Shown here in pieces: positions 13,501 to 23,581 of a stretch of 64,000 bases of DNA (its first letter is position 1; every line of letters starts with the position of its first letter). Under the pieces are notes generated by a model. That model saw nothing but the letters and a program-made list of their open reading frames with translations, ran no database searches and was not told the DNA's origin. This DNA is from Candidatus Yanofskybacteria bacterium (lineage in GTDB: Bacteria > Patescibacteriota > Minisyncoccia > 2-02-FULL-40-12 > IGHO2-01-FULL-4-A), in the NCBI GenBank assembly GCA_903897805.1, contig CAIUCV010000017.1, positions 5,725-69,724 on the forward strand, given 5' to 3'. The translations under genes were made by a program, and so were the position numbers.

Positions 13501-13874
13501 TTTTTGTAGCCGGTGTTGTTTTCTGCAAGCAAAACGAGGTGATAAAAATTTTTTCCGTTGGTATTGGGCCTCTTGTCGTGCATATTTTCGGTAATATACA
13601 CCTCACAACCAATGATCGGTTTAATGCCGGCTTTTTTTGCCTTCTGATAAAATTCAACGACGCCGTACATAGCGCCGTGGTCGGTAATTGCCGCCGCATC
13701 CATACCCAATTCCTTGGTTCTTTCCACCAATTCGTCCACCCTGGTCAATCCATCAAGTAGTGAGTAGTGAGTGTGGGTGTGTAGATGGACGAATTTCATA
13801 CTCTTAATTTTACTCTCCGCTTCAAATAGCAACAACCCCGATTTTTTGTGGATAACTAAGGAAAAAATTGACAC
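10593..13874 (-). CDS. dnaE: DNA polymerase III alpha subunit
   Basis: PHP domain HLHTHTHYSLLDG plus polymerase core. Probable true start is MKFVHLH at 13799. Confidence 0.93.
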   Translation of the reverse strand: MSIFSLVIHKKSGLLLFEAESKIKSMKFVHLHTHTHYSLLDGLTRVDELVERTKELGMDAAAITDHGAMYGVVEFYQKAKKAGIKPIIGCEVYITENMHDKRPNTNGKNFYHLVLLAENNTGYKNLIKLVTAAHLEGFYYKPRIDRELLKQHSEGLIGLSGCLGGEISRAILSNNDERAKKLALEYQNIFGKGNFYLELQHHPHLEEQAILNKKLLEFSKELDIPLVATQDSHYPRSEDARAHDVLLAIQTGNQVEDKDRLTLRNDDFSFLAPEKMIENFKDIPEAIENTVKIAERCNVEIELGKTKLPEFPLPAGYDADGYLKKLAHEGLPKRYGANIGDAIAARLDFELGVIKKTGFASYFLIVQDLVNWAKNQGIIVGPGRGSAAGSLVSYLLNITNVDPLKYDLLFERFLNPERISMPDIDLDFDDARRDEVFDYVREKYGNDHFAQVITFGTMAARGGIRDAGRALGFSYDFCDRIAKLIPFNPNQNEKLGFLKKCLDDVEELRQLYNTNNDAKTVIDAGMRLEGVARHSSTHACAVVITPQPLTEYVPLQKDTGEDNIVTQYEMHAIEDLGLLKMDFLGLSNLTIIGDALRLVEQNHGVKINIDEIPLDDKETFKLLREARTTGIFQLEGSGMRRYFKELKPTIFEDIAVMIALYRPGPIELIPEFIARKHGKKRIEYLHPKLEPVLANTYGVMIYQEQLMAAARALAGFSLSEADILRKAVGKKIKKLLADQKDKLIQGCKNNGVSESVAEKFWQLIEPFDRYGFNKSHAICYAMISYQTAYLKAHYPLEFMAALMNSASSEIERVAFLIEECQSMGLGVLPPEINESMENFAVINSADKPKIRFGLAAIKNVGVNIVQAIIDERKSGGLFKDVENFVSRVQNKDLNKKSLESLVRCGALDVFGERAALLANIEQLLYYSRESQKARTTGQISLFGGPNSAVTLPPLRLAETVSATRAEKLMWEKELLGLFISDHPLKDYQQKLDFEKGLVKIKDLPVNRSNIQVKIGGIVTKIQKVLTKTGKPMIFSWVEDTSAKIEVVAFPNILEANPEAFKENNVLVIRGKLSDRDGIPKLMCDDVRAIATVG

Positions 13875-13896
13875 AAAAATTCATCTGTGATAATAT
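13868..13896 (+). promoter_or_regulatory. Sigma70-like promoter (TTGACA, 17-nt spacer, TAATAT)
   Basis: Hexamers read directly upstream of the 13931 ORF. Confidence 0.45.
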
Positions 13897-13930
13897 AAAG
13901 CGAGTTATTTTGAAAGTTTGGAGAGGATAA

Positions 13931-14383
13931 ATGCTGACAAAAACCCAAATAGCGCGTATCCAGGGGCGGTTTCGTATTCCCGTTGATGCGTTTTGTCCTG
14001 GTCATTATTGGATTATATCAATAGACCGCGAGTCCTTGATACCAACCGACCAAGAACTGGCTCAACTTTCCAGTTATCGCGAATTCGTTGTTTTAAAAAC
14101 ATACAGAGAGACATACGGACGGCAAATTCTTAAAATGCCCCTGCCTTTCGTCCCCGGGCACAATACTGCTATTTTCCGAAAGGGCGCGCCGCTTAATCCC
14201 GAAGACAATGGGTGGTTTCTTCGCAAATCAACGTGGAGAGAAGGCCCCTTATACATACCGAACGTTGCCGGAAAGGACTATTGCGTTCATACTTTGGTAG
14301 AGATAATCGATAGATATGAGGATATAATCCCGGAAAAATGGGAAAGATGGAAACTTGATCATCCTAAGATTTTTCCAAAATAA
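13931..14383 (+). CDS. Hypothetical protein (150 aa)
   Basis: Clean ORF with promoter and terminator; no recognisable family. Confidence 0.45.
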   Translation: MLTKTQIARIQGRFRIPVDAFCPGHYWIISIDRESLIPTDQELAQLSSYREFVVLKTYRETYGRQILKMPLPFVPGHNTAIFRKGAPLNPEDNGWFLRKSTWREGPLYIPNVAGKDYCVHTLVEIIDRYEDIIPEKWERWKLDHPKIFPK

Positions 14384-14389
14384 CAACAG

Positions 14390-14415
14390 CCCGCCCTGCG
14401 GGCTTTCTTATTGCA
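14390..14415 (+). terminator. Rho-independent terminator
   Basis: cagcccgc-cct-gcgggct hairpin then a T-rich tail. Confidence 0.55.
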
Positions 14416-14447
14416 AAATTCAAAAAAGTAATGTAAGCTCATAAATT

Positions 14448-14669
14448 ATGGGTGTTCCTCGGGCGCATTCAACGCGCGCACAAAAAGGAAGAAGGAGAAG
14501 CCATTTGGCCCTGCACAAAGTCGGGCTTGTTTCATGTGGCCATTGTCATAAGCTGATATTGCCCCATGCGGTTTGTAAGTATTGCGGCTTTTACAACGGC
14601 AGAGAAGTTATTAATGTCATTGCCCGGGAGTTGAAAAAGAAAGAAAAGCATCAGCATAAATCAAAATAA
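14448..14669 (+). CDS. rpmF: 50S ribosomal protein L32
   Basis: Start reads VPRAHSTRAQKGRRRSH; zinc-ribbon motif C..C...C..CG.Y.GREV. Confidence 0.85.
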   Translation: MGVPRAHSTRAQKGRRRSHLALHKVGLVSCGHCHKLILPHAVCKYCGFYNGREVINVIARELKKKEKHQHKSK

Positions 14670-14675
14670 ATTATT

Positions 14676-15170
14676 ATGGCTTCAAGGCATCTTTCAAGAA
14701 GTGTGGCTATGCAATCGCTTTACGAGTGGGATTTTAAAGGCAAGAAAAAAGATAAACTGCAAGCAACCATAGAGCACAACGTCGAAGAGTTCGCGCCTGG
14801 CGTAGAAGACCCAAAATTTATCTACGACTTGGTTAATAACGCGATTGAGAAGATAGAAGAAATAGACAAGATTATAGAAAAAGCCGCGCCCCAGTGGCCC
14901 ATTGACCAAATTGCGATGGTGGATAGGGCGGTATTGCGCCTGGGCATATACGAACTGCTTTTTGGGAACCGCGAGGAGGTTCCGCCCAAAGTCGCCATAA
15001 ACGAAGCAATAGAGCTGGCAAAGACATTTGGCGGCGATGCCTCCGGCAAGTTCGTCAACGGGGTTCTCGGTACTATCTACCGGGAAATAGGAGAGCCGGG
15101 CAAAGATGACACGCCCAAAGCCAAGGAGAAAGAACAAGCCGAGGAAACTGAAAAAATAATTAATTTCTAA
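14676..15170 (+). CDS. nusB: Transcription antitermination factor NusB
   Basis: [14 protein letters not shown]-terminus and NusB fold pattern. Confidence 0.85.
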   Translation: MASRHLSRSVAMQSLYEWDFKGKKKDKLQATIEHNVEEFAPGVEDPKFIYDLVNNAIEKIEEIDKIIEKAAPQWPIDQIAMVDRAVLRLGIYELLFGNREEVPPKVAINEAIELAKTFGGDASGKFVNGVLGTIYREIGEPGKDDTPKAKEKEQAEETEKIINF

Positions 15171-15267
15171 TTCCTAATATCTAATTTCTAAATAAGCCCC
15201 GGGTCCCAATTGGGACATTAGACGTTGAGTCATTGTTTAGAAATTAGTAATTAGAAATTGGTCATTA
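15161..15267 (+). repeat. Long imperfect inverted repeat (~32-bp arms, 26/32 matching) built from aatttcta motifs, enclosing a gtccc-aatt-gggac hairpin, directly upstream of rnc
   Basis: Left arm 15161-15192 pairs with right arm 15236-15267; the central small hairpin is at 15204-15218. Confidence 0.6.
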
Positions 15268-15271
15268 TAAA

Positions 15272-15958
15272 ATGACGGATATTTCTGAACTAGAGAAAAA
15301 AATAGGAGTAAATTTTAAAGACAAAAATCTTCTACTCCAGTCATTGACTCACCGCTCTTACTTAAACGAAAATCCTAAATGGCATCTTGACCACAATGAA
15401 CGTCTGGAATTTTTGGGAGACGCGGTTTTGGAATTAGTGGTTACTGAATATCTGTATAATAAATACCCAAATCCTGAAGGTGAACTAACTAACTGGCGTG
15501 CAGCACTGGTAAACGCCATTATGATGGCCAAGGTCTCGGCCAAAATTGACCTGAATGAATATCTTCTATTGTCCCGCGGGGAATCAAAGGACATCGGCCG
15601 TGCCCGTCAGTATATTCTTGCGAATGCTCTAGAGGCAGTTATTGGCGCGATTTATTTAGACCGAGGATACGAAACCGCCAGCGATTTCATTTCACGTTTT
15701 ATCATTGAGGAGCTGCCTGAAATTATAGAAAGCGGGGCCTATAAAGATTATAAGAGCCGGTTTCAGGAAGAAGCCCAAGACCGCGTCGGTATTACTCCGA
15801 CTTACGAAGTATTAAAAGAGTGGGGGCCGGACCATGCTAAGCATTTCAACATCGGCGTATTTCTGGAAAAAGAACTGGCCGGCGAGGGTGAAGGGCCGTC
15901 CAAACAAGACGCCCAGCAAGAGGCGGCTAAAGATGCATTGGAGAAAAAGGGGTGGTAA
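15272..15958 (+). CDS. rnc: Ribonuclease III
   Basis: RNase III signature ERLEFLGDAVLELVV and a C-terminal dsRBD. Confidence 0.93.
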   Translation: MTDISELEKKIGVNFKDKNLLLQSLTHRSYLNENPKWHLDHNERLEFLGDAVLELVVTEYLYNKYPNPEGELTNWRAALVNAIMMAKVSAKIDLNEYLLLSRGESKDIGRARQYILANALEAVIGAIYLDRGYETASDFISRFIIEELPEIIESGAYKDYKSRFQEEAQDRVGITPTYEVLKEWGPDHAKHFNIGVFLEKELAGEGEGPSKQDAQQEAAKDALEKKGW

Positions 15959-15996
15959 CACCACGATCTACTTATTTTTATACAAGAAAAAAACCG

Positions 15997-16296
15997 TCAG
16001 AGTTGACGGTTGCCTCGCATTATGGGCGCAGGAACTTTCCATTTGTAAACCTCTCTAATCTCTTCGCCGACCCCATCAACTTCCGTTAACCGTCGAGCGT
16101 GTACGGTCCTGCCCGGAGTTCCTATAAGTTTTGGGTACGGGTTAAGAATTTGCGGTACCAACATATGCACCATACCATCATTGTGAGCCTCAAAAGGCTG
16201 AGATATTGGAACCTCCTTGCGTTCTCCGACCCATACACCGCACGCCAAAGGGCGCGGATGGAAAACTGCAACGTAATCTAGTTTATACCTCGCCAT
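15997..16296 (-). CDS. Hypothetical protein (99 aa)
   Basis: ORF followed on the minus strand by the hairpin aaccgtca/tgacggtt (15992-16011) and a T-run. Confidence 0.4.
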   Translation of the reverse strand: MARYKLDYVAVFHPRPLACGVWVGERKEVPISQPFEAHNDGMVHMLVPQILNPYPKLIGTPGRTVHARRLTEVDGVGEEIREVYKWKVPAPIMRGNRQL

Positions 16297-16412
16297 ACTA
16301 CACCCTCTCTCTATTTTCTAATTATTAAAGAAGTGATTGATATTTTAGCAAGCTGCCGATTTCTGTCAATGACTCCTTGATTCAATTAAAATAAAATGTT
16401 ATCATCGGCGCA

Positions 16413-16865
16413 ATGCTAAAAATACGGTTACAAAGAACGGGTAAGCGCGGGCAGGCGTATTTTCGCGTCGTGGTCTTAGAACACACTACAAAGCCGAAGG
16501 GTAAATACCTAGAGTTTTTGGGCTCTTATGACCCGCATAAAAACGAAATTTCCGTAAAAGCGGATAGGGTAAAGTACTGGCTCTCTATGGGGGCTCAGCT
16601 GTCAGAAACGGCTAATAATCTCCTTGTTGGCAGGGGCGTAATTGAAGGCGAAAAAGTGAAAGCTTGGAAACCAAAGAAGAAAAAGAAAGAAAAAGAGGCG
16701 GCTCAAGTGAAGACCGCGCCGGCGGAAAAACCACAGACAGAAGAAGCCACGGTATCGAAGGAAAACGGGGGAGAGAGCAAGCCCGCTAAAATCGCCGAAG
16801 AGGCCGCTCCCGCACCAGCCGAAGAAGCTAAGACGGAACAGGAATCAGCCCAGCCCACGCCATAG
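16413..16865 (+). CDS. rpsP: 30S ribosomal protein S16 with a K/A/E-rich C-terminal tail
   Basis: MLKIRLQRTGKRGQAYFRVVV is canonical S16; the low-complexity extension runs ~70 aa. Confidence 0.92.
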   Translation: MLKIRLQRTGKRGQAYFRVVVLEHTTKPKGKYLEFLGSYDPHKNEISVKADRVKYWLSMGAQLSETANNLLVGRGVIEGEKVKAWKPKKKKKEKEAAQVKTAPAEKPQTEEATVSKENGGESKPAKIAEEAAPAPAEEAKTEQESAQPTP

Positions 16866-17012
16866 ATCACCAATTTATCCATTTGACACTAGACAACAGT
16901 TTTGCTAGAATAAAACAAAGGTCGAGGTCACTAACAACAGGAAAAAGTGAGTTTCGTCTGACAGAATACCGAAAGGATTGTAAGAAGAAATTCATTTTTG
17001 CTGTAACATAGA

Positions 17013-17339
17013 ATGGCGAATTACGCAGACAGGGAATTTGTTGAATATCTTATTAAACAAATAGTCAACAAGCCCGATAGTGTAGAAGTTACGAGGAGAA
17101 CCGATGAGATGGGAGTCCTGCTTGAGGTCAAGGTGGACCCGGAAGATATGGGTTTACTGATCGGCCGAGCCGGCTCAACCGCCAAAGCGATCAGGACTTT
17201 AGCCAGAATCGTCGGCATGAGAAACAACGCCCGCGTTAACTTGAGAATTGTAGAACCAGAAGGCAGCACCCATCAACCAACGAACAAGGACGAAAAGACC
17301 AAAAACGTGGACGACGTTGTGAACGACCTCGGAATGTAA
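17013..17339 (+). CDS. KH-domain RNA-binding protein (KhpA/UPF0109-like)
   Basis: GxxG KH motif LIGRAGSTAKAIR; rpsP-neighbourhood context. Confidence 0.8.
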   Translation: MANYADREFVEYLIKQIVNKPDSVEVTRRTDEMGVLLEVKVDPEDMGLLIGRAGSTAKAIRTLARIVGMRNNARVNLRIVEPEGSTHQPTNKDEKTKNVDDVVNDLGM

Positions 17340-17362
17340 ACTTTAAAAATCAAAGAACAAAT

Positions 17363-17386
17363 AAAACCCCTTTCGGGGTTTTATTT
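17363..17386 (+). terminator. Rho-independent terminator
   Basis: aaaacccc-tttc-ggggtttt. Confidence 0.6.
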
Positions 17387-17427
17387 GTTGACAAAATGAA
17401 ACTTTATGATAAAGTCGGGAAAGCACA

Positions 17428-18750
17428 TTGAAAACAAGAGGTTATATGAAGGTCACCTTGATCTGTCCGAAACCAACGAACATGAATTTGAACTCGGTCC
17501 CAATTTTCAACTTCCCCAATCAAGCGATCTATTTACTTGCATCAATCACCCCACTGAATTGGGATGTGGAAATTATTGACGAAAATAGAACGCCGATTGA
17601 TTTTGAAACTGAAACAGATCTAGTCGCTCTTACTGCTTTATCTGCTTCAGCTCCAAGGGCATATGAGATTGCGGCCAAATTTAAAATGCGAGGTATTCCA
17701 ATAATCATGGGCGGGATACACGCGACTGTGATACCAGATGAAGCAGCCGAGCATGTTGATTCGGTAGTCATTGGCGAAGCCGACGAAATCTGGCCACAAA
17801 TTTTAAACGATTTTGAACAAGGCCGTTTGCAAAGAGTGTATAAGCCACAGCTACCTCGCAGTTTAGACATCCAAGAGACCAGAGAAATTACAAAAACACA
17901 TAGGGTTAATTTTATTAATTGGCTACCTCTATCTTTAAAAGTAACCTTCATGCAGGTAGGCAGAGGGTGCCCCAATAACTGCGAATTTTGCTCAGTGACA
18001 AAAATTAGTGGTCGCACGCTAAGAACAAAAAGTATCCCTTATATAATTGACAAAATTAAAGAGGAGATAGCGAAGGGCACAGATTTCTTCTTTTTTTACG
18101 ATGACAATATTATTGTTAATAAAAAATTTGCCAAAGAATTATTCCGCGCTATTAAACCACTAAATATAAAATGGATGTCGCAAGCCGATATAAAAATTGC
18201 CGACGAAGACATTTTAGATTTAGCAGTTGAGGCGGGTATGGCCGGAATTCTTCTTGGCCTAGAATCTATTAGCGAAAACACACTTGGCGATGGAGTTGGT
18301 AGGGTGAAGCAACGAATGAGGCCGAATTATGAAAATGCTATAAAAAGATTGCATGATCACAATGTAAATGTAATGGGCGCACTAATATTCGGCTTTGACC
18401 ACGAGAGCGAAGACTCCTATGCTGAAACCGTGGAGTGGGCAATCCAAAATAAATTAGACATCGGACAATTTACCGTCCTTACTCCACTCCCCGGCACGGA
18501 TCTTTCTGAAAGAATGAAAAGGGAAGGCAGGATTACCACGCTTAATTGGACCGATTATGATTGTACGCATGATGTTGTGCAGCGTGAAAAAACTAGAACT
18601 AAAAACTTGGACTTGATAGTGAGAATGGCTTTCAGAAAATTTTATTCATATGGAGCACAGTTAAGGAGATTTAGGCTCCCAAAAAATTTGTTTGATCTAG
18701 CTATCCGACTGACCAATATGCGACTAAGAACCGTTTCCCAATCATTTTAA
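17428..18750 (+). CDS. B12-binding-domain radical SAM protein
   Basis: N-terminal B12-binding-like domain; CPNNCEFC radical SAM cluster motif. Confidence 0.8.
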   Translation: MKTRGYMKVTLICPKPTNMNLNSVPIFNFPNQAIYLLASITPLNWDVEIIDENRTPIDFETETDLVALTALSASAPRAYEIAAKFKMRGIPIIMGGIHATVIPDEAAEHVDSVVIGEADEIWPQILNDFEQGRLQRVYKPQLPRSLDIQETREITKTHRVNFINWLPLSLKVTFMQVGRGCPNNCEFCSVTKISGRTLRTKSIPYIIDKIKEEIAKGTDFFFFYDDNIIVNKKFAKELFRAIKPLNIKWMSQADIKIADEDILDLAVEAGMAGILLGLESISENTLGDGVGRVKQRMRPNYENAIKRLHDHNVNVMGALIFGFDHESEDSYAETVEWAIQNKLDIGQFTVLTPLPGTDLSERMKREGRITTLNWTDYDCTHDVVQREKTRTKNLDLIVRMAFRKFYSYGAQLRRFRLPKNLFDLAIRLTNMRLRTVSQSF

Positions 18751-18776
18751 GACTTACTTTTATAAGTCTTTTTATT
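18749..18776 (+). terminator. Rho-independent terminator
   Basis: aagactta-ctttta-taagtctt then ttttatt. Confidence 0.55.
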
Positions 18777-18822
18777 TATTACGTGGTTGCCATGTTATGG
18801 AAAATGATGTATAGTACATCGA

Positions 18823-19518
18823 ATGCGTTTTGACATTATAACAATTTTCCCCAACTTTTTTAAGAGTTTTTTAAACGAAGCTTTGATTGCGCGTGCCCAA
18901 AAAAAGAAATTAATAACAATCCGCAGCCACAATTTGAGAGATTGGACCGATGACAACCATAAAACCGTGGATGGTAAACCCTATGGCGGAGGCGCCGGAA
19001 TGGTTTTGATGGCAGAACCGATAATGAAAGCCGTAAAAAACATAAAAAGAAAATCTAAAGCCAAAAAAATAAAGACGGTGGTTTTTTCGCCGAAGGGTAA
19101 AAAATTCAATCAAGCCATGGCCAGAAAATTTTCAAAGCTGGACCAAATAATAATGATATGCGGCCGCTACGAAGGGATAGATGAAAGGGTGGCAAAACAT
19201 ATTGCCGATGAAGAAATATCAATAGGAGATTATGTTTTATTCGGCGGCGAGGTGCCGGCTATGGTAATTATGGAAGCCATAACGCGTCTCCTGCCGGGAG
19301 CTATCGGCAAACAAGAGTCATTAAAAGATGAGTCCTTTAATGAGGCGGGAATAATGGGACAAAAACAACTTTCAAAATTAATTGAATATCCTCACTATAC
19401 AAGACCGGCGATTGTAAAAATAAACGGTAAAGCCAGAGGAGTGCCCAAAGTCTTATTGTCCGGCAATCATAAAAAAATAGAAGAATGGCGCAAAAAACAT
19501 GCCGGACAAAAGCACTAG
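18823..19518 (+). CDS. trmD: tRNA (guanine37-N1)-methyltransferase
   Basis: MRFDIITIFP..F start and SPOUT fold motifs (GRYEGIDERV, GGGAGMV). Confidence 0.92.
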   Translation: MRFDIITIFPNFFKSFLNEALIARAQKKKLITIRSHNLRDWTDDNHKTVDGKPYGGGAGMVLMAEPIMKAVKNIKRKSKAKKIKTVVFSPKGKKFNQAMARKFSKLDQIIMICGRYEGIDERVAKHIADEEISIGDYVLFGGEVPAMVIMEAITRLLPGAIGKQESLKDESFNEAGIMGQKQLSKLIEYPHYTRPAIVKINGKARGVPKVLLSGNHKKIEEWRKKHAGQKH

Positions 19519-19791
19519 TTGAATCCGGCAAAATTTTGTGGCATCATTGTACTTATAAATATGGCATTCTTAGAATTTATTAAAAGTTCAACCCTGCCGG
19601 AAAAAGACAAGGAATTTTGGGTTTTAATCTTGACAACTTTAACCGAAGATCAAATTAAAATTTTTGAAGATTTCACGGAAGGAAAGGAGGAAAATCTAAA
19701 AGTTTTAACTGAAAATATCAAAGCCAAGGAACAGGCATTTAGAAATTCCGATGAAAATGCGCTTGAAAAAATAATTAGTAACGAACAATAA
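19519..19791 (+). CDS. Hypothetical protein (90 aa)
   Basis: ORF abutting the trmD stop; no recognisable family. Confidence 0.35.
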   Translation: MNPAKFCGIIVLINMAFLEFIKSSTLPEKDKEFWVLILTTLTEDQIKIFEDFTEGKEENLKVLTENIKAKEQAFRNSDENALEKIISNEQ

Positions 19792-19792
19792 C

Positions 19793-20383
19793 ATGCTTGA
19801 GAATTTTTTTAGAAAACCAAAAGCAGAAAAAGAAAAAAATCCTGAACGAGTAATAGAGCTTGGAACGAAAGTTTTGCAAAAAGAAGAGAATTCAGAGATT
19901 GGGCCCAAGAGGAACGGTGGCTATATGCTGTGCACCGTTTTAGCAATGGCTCTGGCAATGGGCATGACGGCCGGTAAGGCAGAGGCCCAAGTAAGGGGAG
20001 TGGGGCCGCAGGGACACGGCTTTGGCGGGCAGATAGCCAGTGAGATTTTTCATCAGGGCGTGTTTGAAGTCGGAAGCGTCCTAAATAGAACGCAAAACGC
20101 GAAACAGGATAGGATTGAGCATGAATATGTGGCTCGGCTAACTCAGTTAGGAAACGCAATGAGGCAACTTGATAATCAATACAGCAACCAAAGAGATAGC
20201 CTGACGAGACAAGGCGGCGACTCCGCAGATTTGAAAAAACTGGAGGATAGATATAGAACAGAAAAGACACAATTAATACAAACCGAGAATGACCTGAAAG
20301 GGGAATACCACAAACAAACTAGGAATACCGGTATAAAAAGGGCGCTAACCGAGACTGTAGTCCAAGGCGCAAGAGGCTGGTAA
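19793..20383 (+). CDS. Hypothetical protein, likely secreted (internal signal-like segment MLCTVLAMALAMGMTAGKAEA)
   Basis: ORF only; possible alternative start at 19925. Confidence 0.4.
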   Translation: MLENFFRKPKAEKEKNPERVIELGTKVLQKEENSEIGPKRNGGYMLCTVLAMALAMGMTAGKAEAQVRGVGPQGHGFGGQIASEIFHQGVFEVGSVLNRTQNAKQDRIEHEYVARLTQLGNAMRQLDNQYSNQRDSLTRQGGDSADLKKLEDRYRTEKTQLIQTENDLKGEYHKQTRNTGIKRALTETVVQGARGW

Positions 20384-20392
20384 TAAGGGGGC

Positions 20393-20420
20393 TTGACTTC
20401 CCCATTTGGAGGAATATAAT
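20393..20420 (+). promoter_or_regulatory. Candidate 16S rRNA promoter (TTGACT, 16-nt spacer, TATAAT)
   Basis: Hexamers read directly, ~260 nt upstream of the 16S 5' end. Confidence 0.5.
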
Positions 20421-20469
20421 CAAGGATATTAAAATGAAGTAAAAACCTTACAACTTTCTGTGTTTTTAC

Positions 20470-20516
20470 ACACTCGGGATTGTCCTTTGACCATAATTCA
20501 GGACAATCCCGAGTGT
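20470..20516 (+). repeat. Perfect 17-bp hairpin in the 16S leader (acactcgggattgtcct / aggacaatcccgagtgt); its loop side carries a boxA-like tgtcctttgacca
   Basis: Read directly; 13-nt loop. Confidence 0.7.
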
Positions 20517-20565
20517 TATTGTCAGGACATTAAAAATTAAATACGAACGATAAGAATACGTGATT

Positions 20566-20583
20566 TCTTATCGTTAACCAGAT
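20566..20583 (+). promoter_or_regulatory. 16S leader half of the rRNA processing stem
   Basis: tcttatcgttaaccagat is the perfect reverse complement of 22358-22375 in the trailer. Confidence 0.7.
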
Positions 20584-20678
20584 CTAAATAGCTTGTGATT
20601 TTTTCACAATCTATTCCTAAGAGAAAATTTTTACCCTTGCCATTTACGGCAAGGAGAGCAAGATTAACTCTTTTTTAT

Positions 20679-22154
<1,476 letters not shown>

Positions 22155-22357
22155 AAATTCAATTCCGCCAACCGGTGGATGAATTTAGAAATAAGTGTCG
22201 TTATAAATTATCAGTTGTTTGCCGGCAGATTGTTGGTAGACGCGCGGTATTAGAGGCCGGTTAATGTGCCTTTGATACTGCGTAAAACTTTTTAATTTAT
22301 GGTCATCCGTTTTGACCGATTCAAACGGCGTTTAAGGCAAGGAGTCGAAAACCTTCC

Positions 22358-22375
22358 ATCTGGTTAACGATAAGA
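22358..22375 (+). promoter_or_regulatory. 16S trailer half of the rRNA processing stem
   Basis: atctggttaacgataaga complements 20566-20583. Confidence 0.7.
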
Positions 22376-22388
22376 GATCATACAATCT

Positions 22389-22413
22389 AAAACCCGCCTC
22401 TCGGCGGGTTTTA
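22389..22413 (+). terminator. Rho-independent terminator ending the 16S transcription unit
   Basis: aaaacccgcc-tctc-ggcgggtttta. Confidence 0.65.
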
Positions 22414-22430
22414 GATTGAGATTAAAAATT

Positions 22431-22697
22431 CTAACCTCTTCTAGCAATTGCTTTTGATAATTGCTCCTTTGCGGTCTCGTGGGCTTTTTCGCTTTCGGTT
22501 AGCTCGTTCTCAAGTTTTCTTATTTCAGCAGAATCTCCATCGCCTTTCTCTTTGTGCGCATCCAGATATTGCTTCAGCGCGTTTTCGGCGTTTGTATGCC
22601 TTTGTTCATATGCACGAAGATTAGCTGCAGACGCTTCTACCCAATCAGCGGCCTCTTTTGACGAAACTTCAGGTTTTGGCATTTCTCCAAATCCCAT
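22431..22697 (-). CDS. Hypothetical small coiled-coil protein (88 aa)
   Basis: ORF only; charged, helical composition. Confidence 0.4.
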   Translation of the reverse strand: MGFGEMPKPEVSSKEAADWVEASAANLRAYEQRHTNAENALKQYLDAHKEKGDGDSAEIRKLENELTESEKAHETAKEQLSKAIARRG

Positions 22698-22786
22698 AAA
22701 ACACCTCCTTTCCTAAACCCCAGACGAGACCTTGTCTCATGGGGTCGGGCGACCAATTCACTTTGTGAATTGGTTTAGCCAAAAAA

Positions 22787-23539
22787 TTATTTTATTTGAT
22801 AAGTTATCGTTACATCAACGGTTATCTCATTTTCACCTGATGGCACCGAGGGGACAACGCCGCCACCGCCGCCAACGCCCATTCCTTTCATTGCCGATTC
22901 ATACATCGGCACCGGATAACCTGCCACTCCTTCTGAAAAATTAATTATCCTGCCAAGCTTAATGCCAAGCTGATTTTTAAGCACATTTGCTTTATCTTTG
23001 GCGTCATTGATGGCCAATTCCCGCGCTTGTTCTTTCAGTTTTTCCGGCTCATCTATTTCAAAACTTAAATTTCCCACCTGATTGGCCCCGGCTGTAACAA
23101 CACCGTCCAATATAGAGCTGACGCTTCCCAAATCCCTTATCTTGACCTCCATCGTTTGGTTAACTTGATATCCTTTTATCGTGGGAACTCCGTTTCTAGG
23201 ATATTCATATTGAGGATAAATATTGTAGGAGGTTGTCTTAATATCCTTATCTTCTATTTTTTGTTTTTTCAAAAAATCGGTAACTTTGTTTGATTTCTCC
23301 GAGTTAGCATCCTGGGCCGCTTTTGAGGTAGCGGCTTCGGTAACGATTGAGAAATCAATTACCGCCACATCCGGTTTCGCCAAAACCTTGCCCTCGCCCG
23401 AAAACGAAACGGTATTGGTCGTGGCGACGGTGTTTAGTTTTTGATTGATACTAACCACAACAAAAATTGCAGATACCACTAAGAGACCAATTAACACTCT
23501 TAAGGCCGTGAGAAGAGTTGTGTCCTGTATGTTTTTCAT
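22787..23539 (-). CDS. SIMPL/DUF541-domain periplasmic protein
   Basis: N-terminal TM anchor followed by SFSGEGKV.AKPD.A.I.F.V....T...A pattern typical of SIMPL proteins. Confidence 0.65.
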   Translation of the reverse strand: MKNIQDTTLLTALRVLIGLLVVSAIFVVVSINQKLNTVATTNTVSFSGEGKVLAKPDVAVIDFSIVTEAATSKAAQDANSEKSNKVTDFLKKQKIEDKDIKTTSYNIYPQYEYPRNGVPTIKGYQVNQTMEVKIRDLGSVSSILDGVVTAGANQVGNLSFEIDEPEKLKEQARELAINDAKDKANVLKNQLGIKLGRIINFSEGVAGYPVPMYESAMKGMGVGGGGGVVPSVPSGENEITVDVTITYQIK

Positions 23540-23581
23540 ATTTTTAAAAAATTATTTAATTAAACTTAAATTTTAGCAAAA

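Noticed and set aside
13847-13855. Perfect DnaA box (TGTGGATAA) upstream of dnaE as a second origin or regulatory site
   Set aside because: A single 9-mer is expected by chance about once per 2 x 64 kb; no cluster of boxes is present there.
22155-22430. Looked for a 23S start, 5S rRNA or spacer tRNAs downstream of the 16S gene
   Set aside because: The trailer contains only the processing-stem half and a terminator; no 5S or 23S conserved blocks and no cloverleaf are present.
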